From Puia sp. (GTDB lineage: Bacteria; Bacteroidota; Bacteroidia; Chitinophagales; Chitinophagaceae): a stretch of DNA of 64,000 nucleotides. A program made the position numbers and the translations under genes. This document shows positions 1 through 8,622 of this stretch, one piece after another. The notes beneath the pieces are model-generated. The model searched no databases. It saw only the letters and a program-made list of their open reading frames with translations, and was not told where the DNA came from. Each line of letters starts with the position of its first letter. The first letter of the stretch is position 1. The stretch covers positions 17,930 to 81,929 of the forward strand of contig DATHHO010000194.1 of the NCBI GenBank assembly GCA_035317125.1. Reading direction: 5' to 3'.

Positions 1-1953
1 TACATCGATCATCCGCAACCGGTAGTATCCGATGGCCGGCAGCGGTTGATCGTCGGAAAAGGAATAAAGATCGTTAATGGTCGAGCCGCTTATGACCGAT
101 CCGCCCATCGCCGGGCTGCCGTTGCCGGCAGCCGCTGTGCCCGTGGACGCAGGCCCCGCAATCGTCCCGATCCGGCTGAAATCCGCCCCACCCGCACTCC
201 TTTCTATTTCGATACGGGAAAGCTCCTTATCATCCGTCAGCGTAAAATGCAGCAACACCGACTCACCCGCCTTTGTGCCCGTAAAATTCAGCAGCGACAG
301 CGGCAGCACCGTCTGCAAACCCGCCACCTGCATGGATGTCACCGACATGGGCGCAAGACTCAGTTGCAGGCTGCCGCCAGCCGGTGAAATACTCGTCGTC
401 TGCAGCGCATTCTGCGTGTGGCTGACAAAGGTCTCCGACCCCGCCGGCAACCCCGACAGCGTCAGTATGGTAAAGGCCTGGTTCACCGGCGCGAAACCCG
501 AGAACTGGACCGTCACATTTTCCGTCTGGCTTTGCGACTTGTTGACCAGCACCACCGTCACCGAATCGTTTGTGTTATTCACCGTCGCGTACGACCCTAC
601 ATCCGGCTCATCGCTGGACACCGCGCTCACGCTGGTGCCTTTGTTATACCGGCTGTACAGATGCAGCGTCTCCCACATCCCTGCACCCCAGGTCCAGGGC
701 GTAAAGAACTCCACCCCATGTTTCATAAACTCCCCCATCGTCGACGCATACCAGACGGCCAGCAGATTGGCATCGTTCCCCGAATTGATCCCCGTCTCGG
801 ACACCGCGAAATGCACCCCATGGTTCATGCCCATATATTTGTTCAGCCAGCTCTGGCATCGTCCAAAAATATCTTCTACCTGGATCGAGTTATCCCATCC
901 GCCATTCACCACCTTCACCCCGTTGGCTTCCGGGAAGGCATAGCTGCTGTCAAAGAAGACCCGGTGCATCTGCGTGATGACCGCTGCGCTGCTGCTGCCC
1001 GGATAAAAATGCAGATCGATCACATCCAGCAGCCGGATGCCCGTCGACGCCTGCTCTTCGGCGACCCGCTTGATAAAATATTCCATCCACGGATATTGTT
1101 TGCCGTCACTGCCCGTGACCGGCGCGTTGTTCCAGTTATACCACTGCCATTCGTTGGGGCTCACAGGTCCGGTCAGTTTGATCCCCGGATACAACGCCCT
1201 CGCCTTCTTCGCCACCGCGAAATACAGTTGCATAAACGCCTCCGCGCTGGGCTGCACCGGCATCACATCGTCATGCGTGCTCGACCAGATCTCCACTTCG
1301 TTGTCCATATTCCAGTAGCGGATCTTTGTCGAGTCCAGCCCCTGGCCGCCCGGCCCGAACCAATGCCCGATGATCCCCGTCGTCGAATCCGCCGGCCAGT
1401 GCCCGAGATAGCGACTGGTATCGCCGTTCTGCGTCGCCTGCGCTCCGCCCGCCGCATTGGGGATACCGCCTCCCGCAAGGTTCTGCACCGTGCCCGTCCA
1501 CCAGTTCGATCCGTTATAATCCCAGTCGTCGAAATTATTCGTGTTGTTCCTGGCGGATTGGCCGATCAGCTGGAACCCCCACATCCCCTGCGCCGCTGGA
1601 ATATGCTGCTGCAGGGAGGCCGCGGCAAAATCCCAGTCATGCGCATAGACATTGTTATACCAGTCGGGATGGCTCGACAGCTTCTGCCGCCAGTTGTATT
1701 TCGTGAGATTGTTGCCGCCATTCTCGCGGAAGAAATTCAGCCCCGCATCCTTATACAGCTGCCACTGCGTGGCGCTAAGCGGGCTGCCCGCATTGTCCGA
1801 CAGGGAATTGTTGCGGCCATAGATATACGGGGACACCGTCCGGCGACCGGACAAAATATCGACCTGGACCTGTACGGTCTGGGCTATGCAATTAAAAATG
1901 GAAAAGCTGGCTGCTGCCAGCAGAAGGCAGGATAGAAAGGGTTGTTTCTTCAT
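1..1953 (-). CDS. Glycoside hydrolase family 44 (endoglucanase/xyloglucanase-like), secreted, probably T9SS cargo; 3' end runs off the window
   Basis: Absent from the ORF track because there is no stop in the window. Manual minus-strand translation from ATG at 1953 gives MKKQPFLSCLLLAAASFSIFNCIAQ (signal peptide), then VSPYIYGRN, FRENGGNNLTKYNW, WNMDNEVEIW (acid/base Glu) and AVSETG (nucleophile), then a VLPLSLLNFTG...IERS...YSFSD...GYYRLRMID pre-CTD Ig-like domain typical of Chitinophagaceae T9SS substrates. Frame stays open to base 1. Confidence 0.85.
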   Translation of the reverse strand, partial: MKKQPFLSCLLLAAASFSIFNCIAQTVQVQVDILSGRRTVSPYIYGRNNSLSDNAGSPLSATQWQLYKDAGLNFFRENGGNNLTKYNWRQKLSSHPDWYNNVYAHDWDFAAASLQQHIPAAQGMWGFQLIGQSARNNTNNFDDWDYNGSNWWTGTVQNLAGGGIPNAAGGAQATQNGDTSRYLGHWPADSTTGIIGHWFGPGGQGLDSTKIRYWNMDNEVEIWSSTHDDVMPVQPSAEAFMQLYFAVAKKARALYPGIKLTGPVSPNEWQWYNWNNAPVTGSDGKQYPWMEYFIKRVAEEQASTGIRLLDVIDLHFYPGSSSAAVITQMHRVFFDSSYAFPEANGVKVVNGGWDNSIQVEDIFGRCQSWLNKYMGMNHGVHFAVSETGINSGNDANLLAVWYASTMGEFMKHGVEFFTPWTWGAGMWETLHLYSRYNKGTSVSAVSSDEPDVGSYATVNNTNDSVTVVLVNKSQSQTENVTVQFSGFAPVNQAFTILTLSGLPAGSETFVSHTQNALQTTSISPAGGSLQLSLAPMSVTSMQVAGLQTVLPLSLLNFTGTKAGESVLLHFTLTDDKELSRIEIERSAGGADFSRIGTIAGPASTGTAAAGNGSPAMGGSVISGSTINDLYSFSDDQPLPAIGYYRLRMIDV

Positions 1954-2030
1954 GGGTCACAGGCTTTTAGGTTCGCCGGTGTCGGGTTGGAAGGGGCTAT
2001 ACGTACTGCAAGGACAGTGCCAAATGAGCC

Positions 2031-2080
2031 TGCTTTTGTCCATGCGCGATGACCGTGCTTTTGCCCATGCGCGGCGACCG
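2031..2080. repeat. 25-bp imperfect tandem direct repeat (2 copies)
   Basis: TGCTTTTGTCCATGCGCGATGACCG (2031-2055) and TGCTTTTGCCCATGCGCGGCGACCG (2056-2080); 22/25 identical. Confidence 0.8.
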
Positions 2081-2119
2081 CTGAACCCATGCTTCCCCCG
2101 CTGTCCGGCTATTGGCTCC

Positions 2120-3196
2120 TTACTTTCCCATAAAAAAATCAAGCAGGTCCTGCTGCACCTGGGCGGTATTCTCCTGTACCATCCAGTGTCCCACGCCTTT
2201 GATCTCCGATTCTTTTACATGCTCCGCCACCAGCCGGCAATGATCCCCAAGGAACGATGCGGCCTGGTATTCCCCGCCCATAGCCAGCAGGGGCATTTTC
2301 AGCTTGTGTTTCGCCAGCTCCTTATTATCTTTTGCATCCTGTTCGAAATTGCCAAACCAATGGAAGGCCCCCGTTGTGGCGCCGGGCTGCGAATAAGCCC
2401 TGACAAATTCATCGACCTCTGCCCTGGTAAAGGCGTCGTTCACATGCCCGACCACCGGCCAGAAATTCGTGAGGAACAACCGTTCCCTTCCCGCGACCAG
2501 CGCGCCCGATGCGGAAAAATTAAAAAAGCCAAACCACCAGGCCTGCGCCCTGACCATGCTCCACACCGGCTCGATCCCCGGCAGCAAAGCATCCATAAGC
2601 GCTATTTTCTTTACCTCGTCGCCAAACTGTGCGGCATAGGCATAGGCTACCATCAGCCCGATGTCATGCCCGGCGAGGTTGATACTCTTGTAACCCAATT
2701 TTTTGATCAGCTCGTGCAGATCGGCGGCCATCGTCTTCTTGTCATACCCACCGGCTGGTTTGTCCGACTCGCCGACACCGCGCAGATCGGGCGCGATCAC
2801 CGTAAAATGTTTGGAGAATTCGGGCAGGAGCCGGTTCCACATATACCAGTTCTGACCAAAACCATGCACCAGCAGCAGGGGCTCGCCTTCGCCGCCGATG
2901 ACATAGTGGATCTTCACCCCGTTGACCGTCGCATACTGATCTTTGAAATTGGCGGGCGGGGTCGCGGGTTTGAGAGAGGCGTCCGCGTTGGCTGTTCCGG
3001 AGGCTCCGGAGGCGGAGGGACTTGCGCTTGGTGCGTCTGTGACGGAGGCTGCGCTGGCGGAGTCGGTCGGGTTGGTCGCCGGGGCCGTTCCGGATGCCTT
3101 GTCGCCGTTGTTGCAGGCGGAAAGAAGCAGGAGACAGCAGATGGACGCGAAGGCCATGGACCGCGCGGGGCGGGGGAGTATTATCTTTTTAAACAT
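2120..3196 (-). CDS. Alpha/beta hydrolase lipoprotein (epoxide hydrolase/dehalogenase-like)
   Basis: Lipobox LLSAC, Ser/Ala/Thr/Pro linker, HGFGQNW oxyanion motif, GHDIG Asp nucleophile, GVGHW catalytic His. Confidence 0.9.
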   Translation of the reverse strand: MFKKIILPRPARSMAFASICCLLLLSACNNGDKASGTAPATNPTDSASAASVTDAPSASPSASGASGTANADASLKPATPPANFKDQYATVNGVKIHYVIGGEGEPLLLVHGFGQNWYMWNRLLPEFSKHFTVIAPDLRGVGESDKPAGGYDKKTMAADLHELIKKLGYKSINLAGHDIGLMVAYAYAAQFGDEVKKIALMDALLPGIEPVWSMVRAQAWWFGFFNFSASGALVAGRERLFLTNFWPVVGHVNDAFTRAEVDEFVRAYSQPGATTGAFHWFGNFEQDAKDNKELAKHKLKMPLLAMGGEYQAASFLGDHCRLVAEHVKESEIKGVGHWMVQENTAQVQQDLLDFFMGK

Positions 3197-3258
3197 GGGT
3201 TTTTTTGAGTGGGTTGTATGTAATTTAAACTAAAATTTTTTATATCCTCTATTCCGGG

Positions 3259-4980
3259 ATGCAGAGGACGGCGGAGATCATCCCGGAAATAGTACATTTG
3301 ATCCTGATGATCCCATCCACCAAGAAATGGCCTTTCCCCGAGCCGGACCCGAATGTCTGCGGCGCCAGCGTCGACAAGGCCGCTTACTGGAATTTTATCA
3401 ATACGCAGCTCGGCAACGGCGATCTGATCAATGATCCGGTCACGGATCCCGTCACAGGCCCAGGCGCCGATCCAGTCACGGACCCAGCGACAGAAAAGGA
3501 CCAGCCCGTACTGCGAAGATATTTCGGCTGGGGCGCCGCGGCGGGCATAGGGCTGCAATCTGCCGGTCAATTACTAAAAGATATTTGCGCGGGCGATGAA
3601 CCCCGCTGTCCGGTCTGTCCGCTGAAATACAACTGCGCCTGGTATGCGGGGCAACGCGGGACAGACAGCCTGTCGGGCCATGAGACGGGTCGGGCGGCAA
3701 CGGAGCGGGCAGCGAAGGATCGGTCCGCCCCTTCCTTTGCGGATTTTTTCTGCGGGGCCGGTGGGCTTTCGCTGGGCTTCGAATGGGCGGGGCTGAACCC
3801 GAAGATCGCCACCGATCTCGATCCCTGGTGCATGGCCACCTATGCATACAACCGCAGCAACGCCACGATCGAAATGTCGGCGGGCGATATCAGGGACTGG
3901 CTGGCCAGCCACAAGCGGAGAAAAAGCTGGGATATCGACATCGTTACGGGTGGCGTCCCCTGCCAGAGCTTCAGCACGGCCAACCGGCAGCGCAGGGACA
4001 ACGACCCCCGCGACAAGCTTTATACCTCCCTGCTCGATGCCTGCCGGATGATCGGCCCCAGGTTCATCCTGATCGAGAACGTTTCGGGTATGCTGAAAGA
4101 ATACGATGGGGTCATCCATGACCTCGACAGGCTGGGTTATCATGCGGCGCATATCCTCCTCAATGCAAAGGACTATGGCATCCCGCAAAACAGACGCCGG
4201 GTCTTCTTCCTCGCCGTCTCCGGCAAACATTACCCCGATGCGGAGGCAAGACTGCGGTCCACCATCGCGGCCATCGTGGACAAAAAGACCGGTGTACCCA
4301 TTCCCCTGGCGGCGGCTATCGGTGATCTGCCAACGCTGCTGGCGCATTCCAAAAGGAACGATACCAGTTTTAATAATGCCGCCTCGGGTCGTGCTTTTAC
4401 GATGCATACCCTTTCGGGAGCCAGCGGCTGGGTACGGTCCCTCCATGCCGGGGCCACAACGGTCCCTCTGTTCCATCACAAGGCGAGATATAACAACCGG
4501 CGCGATATCGAGATCTTCGGGCGGCTCAGACCGGGAGAGAATTCGCTGGCCGCCTCCATCCGGGAGATCATGCCCTATGCTAACAGGAACGGGATCTTCA
4601 AGGACAAATATTTCAAGCTGCGGCATGATGAATATTGCAGGACCATCACGGCGCATATGCGGTATGACTGCAACATGTATATCCATCCGGAGCAGGCCCG
4701 CGGACTGACGGCGCGGGAAGCCGCACGGGTACAGAGCTTCCCGGACGATTATGTATTCCTCGGCAATTTCCAGCGCCTCTACCACCAGATCGGGAATGCC
4801 GTACCACCCATGCTGGCAAGGGTCCTCGGCGAGGCCATCCGCGAAAATCTCCATGCAGCCAGCGGGGGAAGTGCCGGGCACACGACGGCCATCGGGGGAA
4901 GCCCTGATCACGCGCCGCTGGTTAAAAAAATTCAGGCCATGGGGCGATCACCGAAAAAACAGCTTAATGAAAGCATTTGA
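3259..4980 (+). CDS. DNA (cytosine-5)-methyltransferase 1 with N-terminal EndoIII-type Fe-S loop
   Basis: Motif I DFFCGAGG, IV GGVPCQSFS, VI ENV, VIII YGIPQNRRRVF, IX/X LTAREAARVQSFPD...QIGNAVPP; N-terminal C-X6-C-X2-C-X5-C at residues 110-126; start codon uncertain. Confidence 0.9.
   Translation: MQRTAEIIPEIVHLILMIPSTKKWPFPEPDPNVCGASVDKAAYWNFINTQLGNGDLINDPVTDPVTGPGADPVTDPATEKDQPVLRRYFGWGAAAGIGLQSAGQLLKDICAGDEPRCPVCPLKYNCAWYAGQRGTDSLSGHETGRAATERAAKDRSAPSFADFFCGAGGLSLGFEWAGLNPKIATDLDPWCMATYAYNRSNATIEMSAGDIRDWLASHKRRKSWDIDIVTGGVPCQSFSTANRQRRDNDPRDKLYTSLLDACRMIGPRFILIENVSGMLKEYDGVIHDLDRLGYHAAHILLNAKDYGIPQNRRRVFFLAVSGKHYPDAEARLRSTIAAIVDKKTGVPIPLAAAIGDLPTLLAHSKRNDTSFNNAASGRAFTMHTLSGASGWVRSLHAGATTVPLFHHKARYNNRRDIEIFGRLRPGENSLAASIREIMPYANRNGIFKDKYFKLRHDEYCRTITAHMRYDCNMYIHPEQARGLTAREAARVQSFPDDYVFLGNFQRLYHQIGNAVPPMLARVLGEAIRENLHAASGGSAGHTTAIGGSPDHAPLVKKIQAMGRSPKKQLNESI
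3433..3492 (+). repeat. 12-nt in-frame tandem repeat (DPVT-DPVT-GPGA-DPVT-DPAT)
   Basis: GATCCGGTCACG / GATCCCGTCACA / GGCCCAGGCGCC / GATCCAGTCACG / GACCCAGCGACA. Confidence 0.8.
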
Positions 4981-6025
4981 TCTGTGCTCCGGGATCGGCG
5001 GGTTCAGGGTCGGGGCGGAGCTGTCGCGCATAGGCCACCGGGTTAGCTTTGCCGCACACAGCGACATGGATGCCTATGCCAACAGGGGTTATGCCGCGAT
5101 CTTCGGGGACAGCCTCAGCCTTGGAGATATCCAGCAACACACCCGTCTGCCGGATGAATATGGGATCGGGGGTCCGCTGCCAGCCCAGGAAGAAAGAGCT
5201 GCGCGGATCGCGGAGGCCTTGCCGGACTTCGATCTGTTGTTTGCCGGCTTCCCCTGTCAGCCGCATTCGCTGATGGGCAACCGCAGAGGCACGGGGGACG
5301 ATCGCGGAAATCTTTTCTATGACATCGCCGGGATCATCAGGGTAAAACAGCCGGAGTATTTTATCCTGGAAAACGTCAAGGCCATCCTGTCCGTGAACGG
5401 GGGCGCTTTCTACCGGGAGATCGTCGACACCCTTGAACGCCGGTTGAACTACAAGCTGCGGGTCTGGTCGCTGAATGCGCTGGATTATGGAGTGCCGCAG
5501 ATCAGAAGAAGAGTGTTCTTTGTCGGATCAAGGGACAACGATCTTCCCACCGGACCTCCGCCGCGTGTCGATATCGCGGGATCGGAATACCCCACCACCT
5601 GGCATCTGCTGGAGCGTGGCGCCGGCGAAAAATATTTTCTCTCCGGGAAAATCCTGAAGACCATCCTCAAGAGCGAACACAAAGGGTACAAAAGAAAAGC
5701 GGAGATCAACAAGCTGATCGCAAGACCCCTGTGTAAGAGCATGCATAAGATGCACCGCGCCAGCCAGGACAACTATTATTCGGAAGATTTTATCCAGGGT
5801 CATTATCAGGCAGACAGCCTCGCCGTGCAGCTCGCGCCTGTCCCCGATCCAAAGATCCGGAAGATCACGCCCCGGGAGGCCTTCCGTATACAGTCCTTTC
5901 CCGACGGGCATATCGACCGGCTGCTCGATGCCGGTCTTTCCGACACCCGCCTCTATATGCTGGCCGGAAATGCCGTACCCCCTCTCCTCGTAAAGGCGAT
6001 CCTTGATCATGTGTTCGGGGAATGA
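4967..6025 (+). CDS. DNA (cytosine-5)-methyltransferase 2
   Basis: Start reassigned to ATG 4967 (MKAFDLCSGIGGF, motif I at the N-terminus); AGFPCQPHS, ENV, YGVPQIRRRVF, ITPREAFRIQSFPD, AGNAVPP; overlaps the MTase 1 stop by 14 nt. Confidence 0.92.
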   Translation: MKAFDLCSGIGGFRVGAELSRIGHRVSFAAHSDMDAYANRGYAAIFGDSLSLGDIQQHTRLPDEYGIGGPLPAQEERAARIAEALPDFDLLFAGFPCQPHSLMGNRRGTGDDRGNLFYDIAGIIRVKQPEYFILENVKAILSVNGGAFYREIVDTLERRLNYKLRVWSLNALDYGVPQIRRRVFFVGSRDNDLPTGPPPRVDIAGSEYPTTWHLLERGAGEKYFLSGKILKTILKSEHKGYKRKAEINKLIARPLCKSMHKMHRASQDNYYSEDFIQGHYQADSLAVQLAPVPDPKIRKITPREAFRIQSFPDGHIDRLLDAGLSDTRLYMLAGNAVPPLLVKAILDHVFGE

Positions 6026-6048
6026 GCACGGGACCGGGCCCGCGGGTT

Positions 6049-8598
6049 TTACCGGGTGGGTTGCCCAGGAATGTTTCCCTCAAAAAAGAATAGTTTCCGG
6101 TGCAGCTCATTAAATTTATTATGAAAGATCCCTGCTATGGCGCTGTCGATATTACCCATGCTCCGGGTCGACAAAACCCAGTTCAGGGGCACTTCCCCCG
6201 CCGTCGCCTCCAGCGGCACCTGGATAAAATTGCCGCCCAGTTCCCGCTCCGTATAGTTTTTCAGCAATTCGGTATAGGTCCTCGAATATCCACCCCGTAT
6301 GTCATAGATCCCATAGCCGACCGAACTGATTTCGTTCAGGAACCCCGTATTCGTATACTCATCCTTATCGCCAAACCGGAGCTGGATGACATAAGGCTTT
6401 ATATGCCGGTGGCACAGGCTATCTTTCAGGGATTGCAAAATTTCCAGCATAGTCTTGGCGCCCGTGTTCTCGACATACCCCCCGTCCACATAGTGGTACG
6501 TGCGGTCTCCATTCTGTCTGACGGCGGCCGAAGGGGAGATCAGGGGAAAACGGGAACTGAAATTGACCGCTGTGCTATAATTGACACCACCCCTTAATTT
6601 CTCCAGCAAAAGGTCTCTGTCTCTGTAAAACAAAAAGCTGTCCGGTTTCGTGTTGCTGAGAAAGCATTGCAACCCGCTTTCTACCTCCGTCGTGTTGATA
6701 AACCAGGCCGGGGCGACATCGGGGTTGCAGGTCTGGCTCCGGATAAAGTCCGAGGAATAAATATTTCTATCCCCTGTCTTCTTAAATATTTTATGATAAT
6801 CATGTTCCCAGGCTTCTTCCAGCGCGATCGCCCTGTCCAGACGCCCGATGTGAACAGGCCAGAAATAATTGAGGATATCCCCGTAAAACATCTTTGACAG
6901 CACCGGGCTCAGCAGATCTTTGCTAAAGAACTCCCTGCTCTTCCGGCGGTAGTAGGTCGTGTCGTAGATGGCCGTCGTATCGACCTCCAGATAATTTACG
7001 GCATTGAAAAAACTAACGCCAACGGACCCTCCGGAGACCGTAGAAAAGGCATAGATGTCCTTTCTGAATTCCGGGAAATGGTCCTGTATCCCGGCGAGGA
7101 GCATCGCCGTAAACGCGCCTGTCCGAAGAGCCCCTCCTTCCGCGGTGATGAAGATCACCGGATAGACCCAGTCCGGATCGGAGTGGCAGGTATCGGATAA
7201 GGCCGTCCCGCCTTTCCACCGGGTAAGATGCGCCGAATCTTGTAAATGCCGGCCGAACCATCTGTTGAAATGGCTGTTCAGGGACAGACGCGTATCTGCC
7301 ATTTTTCCTTGTTCGTTATAGTGTACCGGGTGATCTGCGTCGACATACGACACGATCAGGAACCAGGCCACGAGGAGCCACCGGATAGAGATAAAGACCC
7401 CTTTCCTGTACCGGTAATCGATATACAACAAGCCGGAATATACCCCCTGCCAGCATCCAAAGGACAGACAGACAAGCCCCGGAGCGCCTATCCAGTCGCT
7501 GGCATACAAAAAGTTCACCGAAATGAGCAATATGACAGCAAGTGAACTCAGGGCAATGGTCCTCACCTGCCGGTGCAGGGTCCTGTAGAACGCAGGGACA
7601 TTCTTATAAACCCACCGGTAGGAACCGGCGTTGTTAATCACATATTTGTAGCGCTGGCGCCTGAAGTTCGGCAGATATTCGTTCTCAAAATGGGTGGGTG
7701 GCCGGAAAGCCAGCGGGGCCTGCTCGCTCTCGAGGATCAGGTGATCCGGAAAACTCCCCGCCGGCATGGATTTTACGATTGCGACAAACCGCTTATAGGC
7801 CTTTTTCAGCTTTTTCGCCGGCTCGCTGTTATTAAAAAAACTTGTCTTCCGGATGGTGAAAATATAATCGTTGTAGATCCCATAGAGTTTGTTTGCCCAG
7901 TCTTCCTCTTCCTTGGGCAGTTTAAAAAAGTCCACCGCCCATTTCCACGAAGGGTCCTTCCTGAATCTGACATTGAAGCCGTCATCCAGATAAAACCGGG
8001 CAAGCCCCGCGGACACCAGGATGAGCAGGATAATGACCGTCGAAAAGGGCCAGGCCACCGACCAGAAGCTTTTTTCCGATCCCCCGTCCAACACGTGGAG
8101 ATTGCTCAGGGTGACCGTCACGACGCCAAGCAGGACGACCAGGAAAGGCAGCAGAAGATAGACCATACTGAAGAACCGCTGAAGTTGTTTACGGTAATTC
8201 ACGCGGCTGCCGGAAAGCGATTTCCCCGAGTTGTCGCTGATATAGATCTTATACCGCGCGCCGAATTCGGCCAGGACTGCCCATCCCGCGACGCCCACCA
8301 GCAAAGACAGCAGGGAGCCGAAATGAAAGGCCGACAAGTCTTCTATGACGATCAGAACGACATCCTTTCCCTGAGGCAACGCGAGGAAAATTACCCCGGC
8401 AAGAATATTAAATACAAAGAATAAACGGGTCGGCTTGAATACTTCCATAAAGTCCGTAACCTTGTCGGATATCGCGATGCTGTCTTTGGGCTCCGGTCCC
8501 CTTGAGGCAAACTGCAGTTTTCTGATCTCGATCCCGACAAGCCGGAATATATACAATAAGATGTCCAGGAGACGGGTGATCCATTTAAATAAGTTCAT
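6049..8598 (-). CDS. Multi-pass membrane protein with C-terminal patatin/cPLA2-like phospholipase domain
   Basis: Several hydrophobic helices in the first ~420 aa; AEGGALRTG glycine loop, TVSGGSVG nucleophile Ser, YVDGGY catalytic Asp. Confidence 0.85.
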   Translation of the reverse strand: MNLFKWITRLLDILLYIFRLVGIEIRKLQFASRGPEPKDSIAISDKVTDFMEVFKPTRLFFVFNILAGVIFLALPQGKDVVLIVIEDLSAFHFGSLLSLLVGVAGWAVLAEFGARYKIYISDNSGKSLSGSRVNYRKQLQRFFSMVYLLLPFLVVLLGVVTVTLSNLHVLDGGSEKSFWSVAWPFSTVIILLILVSAGLARFYLDDGFNVRFRKDPSWKWAVDFFKLPKEEEDWANKLYGIYNDYIFTIRKTSFFNNSEPAKKLKKAYKRFVAIVKSMPAGSFPDHLILESEQAPLAFRPPTHFENEYLPNFRRQRYKYVINNAGSYRWVYKNVPAFYRTLHRQVRTIALSSLAVILLISVNFLYASDWIGAPGLVCLSFGCWQGVYSGLLYIDYRYRKGVFISIRWLLVAWFLIVSYVDADHPVHYNEQGKMADTRLSLNSHFNRWFGRHLQDSAHLTRWKGGTALSDTCHSDPDWVYPVIFITAEGGALRTGAFTAMLLAGIQDHFPEFRKDIYAFSTVSGGSVGVSFFNAVNYLEVDTTAIYDTTYYRRKSREFFSKDLLSPVLSKMFYGDILNYFWPVHIGRLDRAIALEEAWEHDYHKIFKKTGDRNIYSSDFIRSQTCNPDVAPAWFINTTEVESGLQCFLSNTKPDSFLFYRDRDLLLEKLRGGVNYSTAVNFSSRFPLISPSAAVRQNGDRTYHYVDGGYVENTGAKTMLEILQSLKDSLCHRHIKPYVIQLRFGDKDEYTNTGFLNEISSVGYGIYDIRGGYSRTYTELLKNYTERELGGNFIQVPLEATAGEVPLNWVLSTRSMGNIDSAIAGIFHNKFNELHRKLFFFEGNIPGQPTR

Positions 8599-8622
8599 GG
8601 CATACTGTTTTAGGACGGGTTA

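Noticed and set aside
418-1935. 505-aa and 288-aa plus-strand ORFs (418..1935, 77..943)
   Set aside because: Antisense shadows of the minus-strand GH44 gene; Arg/Pro/His-rich with no motifs
1886-3208. 440-aa plus-strand ORF
   Set aside because: Shadow of the alpha/beta hydrolase on the opposite strand
4751-4966. 72-aa N-terminal extension of MTase 2 in the ORF track
   Set aside because: Overlaps the conserved motifs IX-X of MTase 1; motif I begins right after ATG 4967
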